In this document: positions 46,889-58,300 of the stretch, piece after piece
Position numbering within the stretch: the first letter of the stretch is position 1
How the letters are laid out: every line of letters starts with the position of its first letter
Assembly (NCBI GenBank): GCA_041663445.1
Contig: JBAYMR010000003.1
Span: 21,123 to 85,122 of the forward strand
Reading direction: 5' to 3'
Length of the DNA stretch: 64,000 bases
Origin: Candidatus Micrarchaeia archaeon
Lineage (GTDB): Archaea; Micrarchaeota; Micrarchaeia; Anstonellales; Anstonellaceae
The notes under the pieces: generated by a model
Told to the model about the DNA's origin: nothing
Database searches by the model: none
Seen by the model: only the letters and a program-made list of their open reading frames with translations
Translations under genes and position numbers: made by a program

Positions 46889-47359
46889 ATGGGAATGTAC
46901 AAATATATCAAGGAGACTTTTGAGAAGGAATATCACGAGAGGAGCATGATTCTCCGCCGGAGAATCACCGAATGGAGAAAGCAGGGCACGGTGGCAAGAA
47001 TCGAGAGGCCCACAAACCTTTCGCGCGCACGCTCGCTCGGCTACAAGGCGAAGGAAGGCATCTACATGGCTCGCGTCGCCGTGGGGAGAGGCTCGCGCAA
47101 GAGGCCGCACCCGTGGGGCGGCAGGAAGCCCGCAAAGAACGTCGCTTACCTTTCGCCGGGGAAATCGCTCCAGCGCCAGGCCGAGGAAAAGGCAGCGCGC
47201 ACTTTTTCGAACCTTGAAATCGTGAACTCCTACTGGGTCGGCCAGGACGGCGTGAAGAAATATTTCGAGGTAATAATGGCGGACAGGAAACTCCTGCCGA
47301 ACGTGAAGGGCCGCGCATTCCGCGGGTTGACCTCGGCTGCGAAGAAGGGAAGGTCATAA
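46889..47359 (+). CDS. rpl15e: 50S ribosomal protein L15e (short C-terminus)
   Basis: [42 protein letters not shown] and RAFRGLTSA. Confidence 0.95.
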   Translation: MGMYKYIKETFEKEYHERSMILRRRITEWRKQGTVARIERPTNLSRARSLGYKAKEGIYMARVAVGRGSRKRPHPWGGRKPAKNVAYLSPGKSLQRQAEEKAARTFSNLEIVNSYWVGQDGVKKYFEVIMADRKLLPNVKGRAFRGLTSAAKKGRS

Positions 47360-47462
47360 GGTGCGACCATGCCGTGTGCATCAATGCAGGGCTGCGCAAC
47401 CAATCCAAGGCTGGCATGCCTCGGCTCGAGCCGAGGTCCGTCCCGCCTTATGAGGCAATAAA

Positions 47463-47969
47463 ATGCCAGACATCGTCCGCTTTGAGCCAACTGGAAAAGA
47501 TGGCGCAGGGCGGGCGCTGCCAGCATCTTCCCTTCCCAATTTTTTCGAAGCAGCGAACGCCTTGGCAGCCAGGCAGTTCTGCAGGAAAAAAGGCGCAATT
47601 GTGCACCCGTCAGGCTATGACGTTGACGATGGCGACCTGCTGGAGCTTGCGCGCGCAGGCGGCGCAATCGCCTTTTCGTTTTCCGACGTGCTTTCGGAGC
47701 GCGGCTTCCGCAGGAGCATCCTGATTTCAAAGATGCGGCTGCTCCTGTCGGCGTGCCGCAAGCGCGGCACCCCATTTGTTTTCGTGACGTTGGCAAAAGA
47801 CGCGTCGCAGGCGAGGGGCGCGCGCGAGCTTTCGGCGTTCGCAACCGTGCTTGGCGCAACCGACGTGGAAAGGAAAGCCGCCGAGAAAAAAATGTCCGGC
47901 ATTGCGGATGGAAGCGCAAGGCAGAAGAAAGGCACGCCGCCCGATGCGGCAAAGGCGGTGGAAAAATGA
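47463..47969 (+). CDS. rnp3: RNase P protein Rpp30-like (shortened)
   Basis: IAFSFSDVL...KMRLLLSACRKRGTPFVFVTLA...ARGARELSAFATVLG; position between L15e and Pop5. Confidence 0.7.
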   Translation: MPDIVRFEPTGKDGAGRALPASSLPNFFEAANALAARQFCRKKGAIVHPSGYDVDDGDLLELARAGGAIAFSFSDVLSERGFRRSILISKMRLLLSACRKRGTPFVFVTLAKDASQARGARELSAFATVLGATDVERKAAEKKMSGIADGSARQKKGTPPDAAKAVEK

Positions 47970-48277
47970 AGCCAACAGAGCGCTTCAAGCGCCGCTACAT
48001 CTCATTCTCCCTCTCGCTGTCAGGCATGCCTCCGGCGTATCCCGAGGCAAAGGAAATAGTGCACGTGCACTTCCTCTCGTTTTTCGGCGAGAGCGGAATT
48101 TCCTCGCTTGCCTTCAAGCTGGTGAAATACGACGCGCAGAGCGGCGAGGGCATCCTCCGCTGCGAGCGCTCGCGCACGGACGAGGCGATTTTCTGCATGG
48201 CATGCCTTTCCGAGTGGAAAGGCGCGCCTGCCAGGCTTGAGCCAAAATCCACTAGCGGGACGATAAAGAGGCTGTAA
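47966..48277 (+). CDS. rnp2: RNase P protein Pop5/Rpp14
   Basis: KRRYISF, FFGESG, GILRC and STSGTIKR; overlaps the rnp3 stop codon. Confidence 0.85.
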   Translation: MKPTERFKRRYISFSLSLSGMPPAYPEAKEIVHVHFLSFFGESGISSLAFKLVKYDAQSGEGILRCERSRTDEAIFCMACLSEWKGAPARLEPKSTSGTIKRL

Positions 48278-48412
48278 GCCATTGCCAACCGAGGGATACC
48301 CCTGCTTGCAGCGGCGTGCCTTCGGTCGAATTTATTGCCGTCTGGGCGGCACTCCGCTGGCTGGGCCTTTTTGCTTCAGGCAAAACACGCCATCCGTCCT
48401 GCTGCGCGGCGG

Positions 48413-49099
48413 TTACTTTTTCCCGTCGGTGTGCTGCGAGAAGAACTGTTTCCTGGCGTCAGGCGCGGGCTTTTTTTCCTTCCTGCGCCCCTCGGAGAGC
48501 GGCTCCTCGATGCCAAGCTGCCCCTCTTCCTCCTCCATCATCCTCCTTTCCTTGAGGTTGAACCTCTCCTGGCTTTTCCTCCGCCTCTCATTGTCCTCCT
48601 GCTCGCTTGGCGCCCTGATGCCGATTTTTCCCGGCGGAGGAATCTGGATAACTTTTGGCTTCTGCCTCACGCCGAGCGCAAGCGCCATTTTTTCCACGAA
48701 AAGCGAAAGCAACGAAGCGCCCCCCGGGCTTGCGCCGCCGGGCGCCCCGACCGAGTAGCAATTGGAGCAAAGCTTCCTGCCAAGGATGGCATAAAGCGTG
48801 TCGGTTTCCCGCCCGCACCGCTCGCAAATCCCGAGGGCGTTGCCCTTCTCCCCCGCCCTTCCATCCCCCGCCTTGCCCCTCTTCTCCTCGTCTTGGATGT
48901 CCATTATGCAATATGAGCAGTAAAGCCGCGAACTGTGCATGCGGAGCTCGTAGCTGGGGAGGTACATCCCGCAGCGCTGGCACTGCACGTTTGCGCTGCC
49001 GCCCTGCGCGCCGCCTGCCGACTCGCAGTTCTGGCAAATCATGTCCCCGCCCGCGTCGAATTCCCCGAGCGGCCCCCCGCATTTTATGCAGCTTGCCAT
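48413..49099 (-). CDS. Multi-zinc-finger protein
   Basis: Six CxxC pairs (CIKC, CQNC, CQRC, CSYC, CERC, CSNC) and a charged C-terminal tail. Confidence 0.7.
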   Translation of the reverse strand: MASCIKCGGPLGEFDAGGDMICQNCESAGGAQGGSANVQCQRCGMYLPSYELRMHSSRLYCSYCIMDIQDEEKRGKAGDGRAGEKGNALGICERCGRETDTLYAILGRKLCSNCYSVGAPGGASPGGASLLSLFVEKMALALGVRQKPKVIQIPPPGKIGIRAPSEQEDNERRRKSQERFNLKERRMMEEEEGQLGIEEPLSEGRRKEKKPAPDARKQFFSQHTDGKK

Positions 49100-49474
49100 G
49101 CCAAATGCTCGCATGCGGTGTATTTATTGGTTTGCAGCCCGCGCGGCTTTTCCCGAAAATCCCGCTCCGCATGGAATGCGATTAAATCAGTTATAATGTG
49201 CCTGATTGCGCTTAAATCAGACATTAGCTTGCCGTTTTCAAAAAAATCAAGGATAGAAATGCCAAATCAAGCCAAAATGCTTATTACAGTGCCTAATTGA
49301 ATAAAAGAAGCTTTTAAGGCTCTTTTTCTGAAAAAGAACGCTATAAATGCCCTCTTTTGTGCCAATAGCGCGTATAATCTTCCTTTTTTCTGCGATATGG
49401 CAAACGTTTATAAGCAATAACTCTCACGGAAATAGCATGTTTCCCTAGACCGGGAACGGGAGGAAAAGAAACAA

Positions 49475-49912
49475 ATGTTTGGACCGCACTTGACGATGGA
49501 CATGTATGGATGCAATAAAAAGAAGCTCAAAGACATCAATTTCGTTTCCACTTTCTTGGACGAGCTGCCGTCATTGATTGGCATGACCAAGATAATGCCG
49601 CCCTATACGTTCTCATACTCCGGCCTCAAGCCCGAGGACTGGGGCGTGTCGGGCATAGTGCTGATAGCCGAATCGCACATCAGCATCCACACCTTCCCGG
49701 AGAAGAATTACGCATCGCTTGACATATTCTCCTGCAAGGATTTCGACGTCGAGGCCGCGGCGGACATCATAGCCTCCAAGTTCGAGGTAAAGACGTACGA
49801 GAAGAACTTCCTCATGCGCGGAAGGCACTTCCCCAAGGACGTCATGAGGAACCGCCAGATAATCGAGCTTGAACGCGAGCGCGATTCAAGCCGCGTGAAG
49901 AACAGCGAGTAG
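49475..49912 (+). CDS. speD: S-adenosylmethionine decarboxylase proenzyme (pyruvoyl type)
   Basis: GVSGIVLIAE|SHISIHTFPE and DIFSC. An arginine-decarboxylase paralog cannot be excluded. Confidence 0.85.
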   Translation: MFGPHLTMDMYGCNKKKLKDINFVSTFLDELPSLIGMTKIMPPYTFSYSGLKPEDWGVSGIVLIAESHISIHTFPEKNYASLDIFSCKDFDVEAAADIIASKFEVKTYEKNFLMRGRHFPKDVMRNRQIIELERERDSSRVKNSE

Positions 49913-50049
49913 TTTCCTCCTTTTCAGTTTTCTTCCTGCCCCAGCGCAAGCGTGCTGCAAGGGCAAATCCGGCATGCAATGAAAGGCAAAATCTGTCTGC
50001 TATTGGAAATGCGATGAGATGCAATACAAAAATAAAAACGAACGCCCCC

Positions 50050-52302
50050 TCACTTCGGGCAGTCGCTGTCGCATGCCGAGACTGCCGCGCGGTAGCGGCT
50101 CATCACCTGCGCGCCGTAGCTGTTCTTGGGCGAAAGCGAGCGCAGGTAGGCGATATAGTTCTGGTAACACTGCGTGTTCTGGCTGCCGTCACTTCCTGCG
50201 CAGCACTCGCCATTGGCATCGCGCTGCTTCACAAATTCGTTAAGCGTGGCTGGCTTGAGGCCGAAATAGCGGTTGGAGGCAAGATAATACTCAGCCCAGC
50301 CTTTTTCCTCCGGCTTCATGCCGCCTGTGCACTTTGAAAGCTGCGCCCAGTTGCTGTTCACCCAATTCTCGGTTGAACCGGAACCTCCGCGCAGGACGTC
50401 CGCGAACTTGTTCACGCCGCAGCACGCGCTCTGGCTGGCGTCAAACGGGTTGTAGTTTTCCCCGCCGCAGTTGGCAACTGGCGCAGGGACGCCGCCGCTC
50501 ACCTGCCCGTATGGATTGTCTATCGTGTATGCCTTGCCCGGGTATTCTATGCACTGCGCGAGCCCGTACGCGCACGGCTTCTGCTTCTTGCCGTTCTGCG
50601 GGTTTATGCCTGTGCATTTGTCTTTCTGGCACTTGGGGTCGTCCGCCATGCCTGCAAGCTCGCATATCTGCGCCATCGTGTACTTCTCCGGGTTGCATGC
50701 CGAATAATCATCATCCACGCACGTTGAGACTGCATACGGGTCAAACCCGCTTTCCTGCTCGAACTCCGCGCGCATGTATGTCGTGCTTATGTCCGCATCG
50801 TCCGCGCGCTCGTCTATTATTGGATAAGGCTCGCAATGGTTCCCGTCAAATCCGCCGGCAGTGCCGCTGTAATAAACGTATGGCATGGATGTTTCTGCAG
50901 GGCAGGCCTCCCCGCAGCCGAGCTTGGCTATTTTTGCCTCCGGCACCACCTCATCGCTGGAAAAGCCCTGCCCGCTGTTTATCATGGTTGCGGCATGGAG
51001 GCTTGGCTGGTCGTTCGTCATCACTTCGCACGATGAGCCCTGGCCGTTCCTGGAGAATATGAGTGGATTACGGTATTCGCTGTTCGCCCCCACTTCCTGG
51101 CACATGTCGGCCCACGCATTCATCTGGGGGTGCTTCTGCGACCCATTGGCGCTCAGCATCCCGAAGCTGCAGCCCTGCACGCCGTTGCACGGAAGCGAGC
51201 CGCTGCCATCCACGAACTCGTAAAAGCCCATGCCAAGCACTCCCGAGCTTGCAAGCCCGCCCGTGCGCGTGAGCAATTCCTGGTAAAAGCCGCTTACCAT
51301 AGTGCCGTCCCACTGGCAGGAGCCGTCGCTATTGTTGCCCTCGCTTGCGCCAGCGTAAAGCCATATCGTGGGCTTGTTGTAGTTTTTGAGTATGTAGCGC
51401 GAGAAGTTCAGGTTCTCGTAAATTATCCTGTCGGCATCGCAGTGGGGGTAGTCGTTTGCGCGGAAGCCGAAGCCTGCTGCATCTATGCTGTCAAGCATCG
51501 TGGTGTCTATCCCGTCCGGCGGCACGCCAATCACCTTGTAAAGCGCATTGTAGTCGTTTGGCTTCACTGCCAGCACGGTCATGCATTTTGTGCAGAAATG
51601 GCGGATGTTGTAAAGCTGCTGCTTCACATTGCTTATTGCATTGTCGTCCGAGCTGTTCAGCCATACTTCTGTTGTGACAAACACGGGCCCGATGTCCGCA
51701 GCCTGGAATGCGCTCGCAATTTCCTGGGTTCTTGAAGGGTCAATTGCCTTGCCCTCGGTATAATATATGTAAAGCGGCAGCGTGCTCCGCTGGAGCCAGC
51801 AGGCAGCGCGGGAGACCTGCGGCACGCGCGGCGGTGAATTTTTTGTGCCCTTCATCCACTTGGTGGCAAGCTGCAGCGTGTAGTTGCAGTAAAGGTTGGC
51901 GTGTCCGGTGGAGACGAAAGACTGCCCGGCTCCCAGCCCGAACACGCGCATCTGCGTGCTGTTGTCGCTTTCCACTATTTCCTCGTAATCCGTTTCATTG
52001 CACTTGCTGATGCTGCAGTTCCCGCCCTGGAGGTTGCTGTCATAGTAGCCGACCAGCCAGCCGAGCCCCAGGAAGCCATACGATGTCTTGTTGCTGCATG
52101 CCATGCAGTAGCATGGCTTGTTGCCAGGAATCCCCTGGCAGATAAGCTCGCTGTCGTTGAGGTATTTTGGCACGGTCATGTCCCCTCCGCTCACCGTCTC
52201 GATTGGGTTCCCATTCTGGTCCTGCAGCACGCAGCCTGGCACTGTGAGCAGAAGCACGGCAAAAAGCGCCAACAGCGCCGGAGGTTTCCATTTAATAGAC
52301 AT
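50050..52302 (-). CDS. Cys-rich lipoprotein with a glycoside-hydrolase-like barrel and a C-terminal lytic transglycosylase (SLT/lysozyme-like) domain
   Basis: Lipobox LLLTVPG|C; MRAEFEQESGFDPYAVS, AYGLAQ and NPFDASQSACCG motifs. The start overlaps the stop of the upstream giant gene. Confidence 0.7.
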   Translation of the reverse strand: MSIKWKPPALLALFAVLLLTVPGCVLQDQNGNPIETVSGGDMTVPKYLNDSELICQGIPGNKPCYCMACSNKTSYGFLGLGWLVGYYDSNLQGGNCSISKCNETDYEEIVESDNSTQMRVFGLGAGQSFVSTGHANLYCNYTLQLATKWMKGTKNSPPRVPQVSRAACWLQRSTLPLYIYYTEGKAIDPSRTQEIASAFQAADIGPVFVTTEVWLNSSDDNAISNVKQQLYNIRHFCTKCMTVLAVKPNDYNALYKVIGVPPDGIDTTMLDSIDAAGFGFRANDYPHCDADRIIYENLNFSRYILKNYNKPTIWLYAGASEGNNSDGSCQWDGTMVSGFYQELLTRTGGLASSGVLGMGFYEFVDGSGSLPCNGVQGCSFGMLSANGSQKHPQMNAWADMCQEVGANSEYRNPLIFSRNGQGSSCEVMTNDQPSLHAATMINSGQGFSSDEVVPEAKIAKLGCGEACPAETSMPYVYYSGTAGGFDGNHCEPYPIIDERADDADISTTYMRAEFEQESGFDPYAVSTCVDDDYSACNPEKYTMAQICELAGMADDPKCQKDKCTGINPQNGKKQKPCAYGLAQCIEYPGKAYTIDNPYGQVSGGVPAPVANCGGENYNPFDASQSACCGVNKFADVLRGGSGSTENWVNSNWAQLSKCTGGMKPEEKGWAEYYLASNRYFGLKPATLNEFVKQRDANGECCAGSDGSQNTQCYQNYIAYLRSLSPKNSYGAQVMSRYRAAVSACDSDCPK

Positions 52303-55300
52303 CATAATCACTGCCATAATTTCCTGTGATGAGCGCCAGTTCCATGTACTCTTCCCTGGTGTTATCGGATATTCTCCTGCTGCCAGGGCTGCTGATGTAG
52401 TGTGCCCTCTTCATCTTCCTTATCACCCACCTGGCCGGGGCGAACTGGCTCAGGTAATCGCTTGTTCTTTCTCCCATCTGCACCAGGTTCTGTGCTTTAA
52501 ACCTGCTCACCCAGCGTGACTGGTAAAGGTCCCGCGGATATTCGTATTCTTCCGGCTTCTGCCTATGTTCCTTGGGCGCGTGATTAATCAGCCGGTTTAC
52601 TTTCCTTGTAAGCAAAGGCTCTTCAAACGTAGATGACAGGCTGGACATCGCTGGGTTAAGATAAGCAAGATTCTTATAAGCTCCCCTGATAATCGGCACC
52701 CACACTGGCGACATGAACGCAAGCGTATAGTTGTTGATTGACGAATAGTTTACCTCTCTGCTCTGCATCTTCATCAGGTGCATCATCACCGGCACGTCGG
52801 TTTTGTAGTTCTCTGCGACAGAGTCCATCCTGGTCTGGAAACGGTCCGTGAAGTATATTTCCTTTGTATCCTGGTCATATCTCGCCTCCCAGTAGCTCTT
52901 CAGCGTGCCAAGGTGGCTCTTCTCATCTGCATTGTCCACAGTGCGCGCAACCTGGGGGAACGAGTGCCATTCGCCGCTGCCAATGGGTGCGGATTGCAGC
53001 ATTCCCGGGATGGTAGGGGTGAATACGTTGGTGTGGAACATGATATACATGTCCAGGAACCTGTTCCTCGAGCCGTCCTCCGCAATGTCCCTTCCCGAAA
53101 GCACATCCCTGATATATCTGCCTCTCTTATCATTAAAGTTTGCCGCGTTGTCCAATGTTTTGAACAGCGCGTCCGTGTAAGTTTTCTCCTTCGCAATATC
53201 CATCTCTATCGCTGCTTCGCTCAGCCTGCGGTTTGCCTCTGCCAAACCTATTTTCTCGCCATTCACATCCACGTCTAAGCCGCCGTTTTTTTCAATGAAC
53301 TTGTCAAACTCGCGCACCTGGTCAATGTACCTCTGCTGCAAGGACAACTGATATGGGGTGTCCCAGTACTGGTGGCTTTCCATGCCCATCTTGTCCAGCT
53401 GGTTTCTCACCCAGCTTCGGCCCTCCTCTCCCCTGTCATAGCCACCTGTCGCCTGGTGGGCGGCAATCATGTGCCCAACGCCTGTGAATGTCACGGTGTC
53501 CTGCAGCCTGGCCTTGAAAAAGTCGGTGTATGTCTTTGCCTGGAACAGGGCAATGAACGGCGCTTTCATGTATGATGTTGGACCCCTATGTTCATGGTCT
53601 GGCGCGTACATCATGTCGCTTTTCACCGGGGCGGGGTAGCCTGTGGTGTAGCGTGCCATGAAGCTGATTTTGTCGTTCCACCACTTGTGCACGGCGTATG
53701 CAATGTTAAGCTGGAGGTGCATGTGCTGTTCCCAAAGTGAGTTGGTCGCCCAGAAGCGCGCCCGCTCGTAGACATTCTGCCCTGTGTGATAGCCAACGTA
53801 CCACGCCCAGTCCATGCCAGGCGCGCCTGCGCCTATTGCGGTGCGCGGGTCACGCATGACGCTTGATTCGGTTATCTCGTAAAATACATCCTTCTGCCCC
53901 TGCACCTGATGGCTGTCCAAAAGCCTGCTTACAATCCCCATGTTCCACATTGTCCTTGCCGGGTTATACGTCGGGCCGCTGCCGTGGCTTCCGTTCCAGG
54001 TGATAAGCATCCTGTTCAAGTCGCCATAGTCGTGCTTTGCCTCCCTGTATTCCCTCCTCATCTCATTTTTCTTGTCCTGTATTTCGCTGCGCAGCGCATC
54101 GTACTTCGAATCCGCAATTTCCCCCCTTGCATGCAGCTTGTCCAGCGCACGAAGCTCGAGGCGCGCATTGTAATAGTTGTTCTCAGCCTCGCCAATGTCT
54201 TTCACCACTGTCGAGGCAATCCGCCCGCGCCACTCATGCCACCATGCCTGCTTGCCTTCCCAATACGTAACATCCTTCCCTTTCGCAAGATTTTCCATTT
54301 CATTCGTCAGCCTGTTCCGGTCCGAGGCATCCAGCTGCGTCTTGAAATCATCCGATTTTATCTTTTTTGCCGCATACATCTCGTCAATCCTGTCGAGCGC
54401 CGCGTTGCCAGTTTTCCACCTTTTGTTCCCGTCCATCATTTCTTCGCTTATGGCGCCCCCAAACCTGTCCAATGCCTGGCGGAGCTGGTACTGTGCCGAA
54501 TACCATTCCTGCATCTTGTCCAGCCTATCGGCAAATGCACCATATGATGACTCTGCCGAGCGCATGGCATATCCGTAATACTTTGACCGTATCCATTCCC
54601 TGGTCCTATCAAGCCCGGTGTATTCGCCAAAGGCATCGCTCTTTTTTCTGCCATACTCGTTGAAGTCGCGGGTCGAGACCACCCGCAACCCTGCATCTTC
54701 TGGCTTGCTGCCTTCATTGATTTTTACCATGCTCTCGATTATTTCCTTGCGGAACGCCACCCTTTTCTCAGCACCCATTGCCATCGCTTGCGCTTCTTTT
54801 TCCTTGAACGGGTCGGTGTATATCCACCTGATTTTTTCATTCCCATCCTTATCCTTATAGGTATCCTTCTTAAGTATCACAAATCCGATTTCCCTGCTGG
54901 TATAAAACGAACCCATGGTGCGCGCAACAAGCGCGGCATAGTTGGGCACATCCCCTTTGCGCACAATGCCGTCCCTTTGCTCGATTGGCAGGAGCTTTCC
55001 ATCCTTGCCCTTCTGCCACGTCATGTACTTCTGGTCAAACTCCACCATGGGCACGGACTTCCTGTCCACGCTCAGCAAAAGCCCCACGCCGTTTTTCATG
55101 TCGCCCCAGCGGTAGCCTCGATCGATGATGGCATCATATGCGTCAACATCGAACACGGCAAGCCCTTTCTCCCCCGTCTTCAGTATGCCCCTCTTTTTCA
55201 TGTCATCTGCGAATTTCTTGTCGTAGAAAATGCTTTCCCCGTGCACCAGGCCCTGGTAGAACTTTTCATATTTTTTCAGGTCGTCGTTATAGGCCCTGCG

Positions 55301-58300
55301 TGTGGCGTCCAGCAGCCCGAGCACGTTGTCGCCCCTGCTGCTGCCTTCCCATTTATGCGATACCGTGAAGCCGAAAATTGCTTCCCACCCCCTATTTTCG
55401 AAAATCAGCCCTTCCACATCATGGCTCTTGTACTCTGCATAGCCCATTTCGCGCCTATACGCCGGCTTTTCGAATCTGAGGTAGTCCATGTTGGTTTTGA
55501 ACGTGCCTGAGGTTCTCACATCGTATGCTGCCGCATTCCCGCTTGCCATGTACCTGGCAGCGTCTTTGCCTCCGTGCAGTATCTCGGTGGCTGCATAGTT
55601 CCTTGCCACCCAATCTGTGTTGTATTTCTTCATATCTGTAAGGATGGACTTCAGCATCGTTTCCAGCGGGTCCTTGCTCATGTTGGCGGGCGTTGTCGCA
55701 TCCTTCCTGCCTGCCATTATCTCCCTTACCTTTTGCTGGAAGAGGTATTCCTCCCTCGCACTGTCTGGATTCCCTATCACCTTGCCGAAGAACTGGTCCA
55801 GCGCGTCAATGTTGGTGAATACTGGGATGGGCTTCCCTTTCTCGTCTAGCTTGAGGTTGCCGTTGCCGTCTTTCTTGTAAAGGAACTCGTCTTCGATGCC
55901 ATGCTTTTTCATCGCATATATCATGAATAGCTCAAGCGGGTTCTTTCCGAACCAGCAGCCTTCGCGCACCATCTGCCCAAAGTCAATATCAGGCAGCCTT
56001 CCATCCTTGCCCCTATTCTCCAGCTGCCTGTCCAGTTTTTTTATGAGCGCATCCATTATGCCCGTCGTTATACTCTCGTACTTCGCATAAATTTCCTGCG
56101 CATTCTTCCCGTCAAGGAGATATTTTTTCATCTCCTTTCTCCTGTCATCATACGCTTTGAACGTTACGTTTTCCGCTTCTTTCAGCGACTTGAGGGAATC
56201 GAGCGTCTTGCGCGCCGCGTTAAGCTCCTTTTGGGAAAGCGTGCCACCCTTGGCCCCTGATGCCAGCTTGTCCAGCGCCGCCCGGTCCGCATCCGAAAGC
56301 GCCACCCCGGCTTTCTCCATCTGCTGTTTCATCTTTTCCACTGCGCCTGCAACCCCCTTGCCGCTGGTGGCTGCGCTGCGGAGGTCAATCAGGCTCGCGT
56401 AAAGCTCGCGGTGCTTGAACAGTTCGTTTACTAAGTCATCCCCGTACTTTTCCCTAAGCCTCTTTTCCTTGCCTACTTTGTCCCTGCTGTCCATCTCTAT
56501 TTCTACGTCTTTTTTCTCTATTATCTTGTAAATGTTTTTCGCATCTTCCTCATTTGAAAGGTAGATAAGCATTTTTTCCTTCAGTCCTTTCTCCACTTCG
56601 CCGAACGTCTTGATGGCAGTGCCGAGTGTTGTCAGGTATTCCATCGTTTCCTTGTCGCTCTTGGACGCTTTTTTGGCCAGTTCCAAAAGCTCTTCCAGCT
56701 TTTTCTGCTGGTTCATGCCCCTGTCATTTATTATCCTGGCCACTTCCTGCTCATAGCCTATTGACTCGCGAAGCTGCGTTGCAAATGCCTTTGCAACATC
56801 CTTGTCGGTTTTGGAAAGGCCCTTGAGGCCGTCAATGGTTTTCACAATCTGCTTCAGCTGCCTGTCCAGGTCTGCCGTTTCAAGGTTCTTCCCGTTCTTG
56901 TCCATCCCATTCCCGCTGTAAAGTTTATCCAGCGCAGCGGCAAGCTCGTGGCTCTCCTTGCTATTGACCTTTTCCCTCAGTTGTTTCTTTATTTTTTCAA
57001 AAATATATTCCATGCCCTTCCGCCTGGCAAGATCATCCAGCTCCCTCTTATCCTGCTCTTTCTTTGGCAGTATTTTCCTAAGCTCGGCTGCAAGCTTGCG
57101 TGAAGCGTTGCTGCGCGTTGGTATGCTGGAAAGCACGTTGAAGCCAAGCGCCGCGAACATCCTGTTGAGCTGGTCGGTTTCGTGCTGCGCCTTGCTATTT
57201 ACCGTATTGTAAAGTGTCACCAGCCTTTTCGTGAGCAGGTCATGCTTCGTCTCGAAAGCCGCCCAGCTTTTGCCTGTGATTTTTTCATAATATTTGCCGA
57301 ACTTCGTCTTCTTGCCGTCCTTGACGTGGAGGCTCTCGAACATCTTGTAAATGCGTTTGGGCTTGCCATTCTTGTCGTGTCCTGCCCTATATGCCATCTG
57401 GCCCAGCATCTCGTTTCTCACTCCCTTGATTGCCGCGCGCGAGCTTCGGAACTGCGCACCAACATCCAGCACCTTCCCGGGTATTGTCAGCACATGCCCC
57501 ACGAACGGGACGTAGCCAAGTATGTTGACGATTTTGGAAGATTCAAAGGCATTCACGGCTTTCGTTGTCTTGTCAAGACCCTTGCTCACCTTTTTCGAAA
57601 GAATGTTCGTTCCGCCCCTGCTCCTTGCCGCCTCCATCATTTTCATTGCCGCGTGCGTATCCAGATAAATCGTCAAAAGTCCGCTTGACAGCTTGAGGGA
57701 GCGCTCATAATCATGCATCTTCCACTTGAAGCTAATATTGCTCTCATCCTTCCTCTTCACCGGCGCGTATTTCCCCATCAGGTTGTTCCAGTCCCTCAGC
57801 AGCATCGCCCTGTCTGCATCGGAAAGCGGCTCCTTGCCTCCCATCATCTTTTCCGCTTTGTCATACAGGTTCTGCATCTCCTTCTTTGCCTTTTCCGCGT
57901 CCATGCCGTTTTTCCTGGCAAAGCGCGCAATTTCCTTGACTGAATCGCGGCGTGATTTCACCCCGATCATCATGTACCTGCGCTTGACTTGGCGCAGCAT
58001 CTGCGGGGACTGCCCCATCCTGACCCTGAAGGTCTTGGCCTTCGGCAGCTTGGGCGTGGTGATATCAAAAAGCGAGAGCGGGTCCCTGCCCGCATAGTAC
58101 ATTGCAGCTATGAGCAATCCTGCGATGAGCATGGCCGGGAAGCAGAACGGGAGCCTGTTCCGGTCGCTTATCGCCTTGTATATCGCTGGCGCAAAAGCCG
58201 AAAGCCCTGCATTGCTGACTGGGCACACCACTGCAGTCTGGGAAGCTTCCGGGAATTTTGCCGAGCCGCGGACCATCGAGTCCGCCCTTATCGTCACATA

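Noticed and set aside
46680-46890. RNase P RNA, SRP RNA or 5S rRNA next to the RNase P protein genes
   Set aside because: No GAGGAAAGUCC ... AACAnAA..GGCUUA P4 pair in the right order on either strand, no SRP or 5S signature, and the region is too short.
49100-49474. Replication origin in the AT-rich spacer
   Set aside because: No ORB-like GTTCCA..GGAAAC boxes with G-strings were recognised and no cdc6/orc1 is adjacent.
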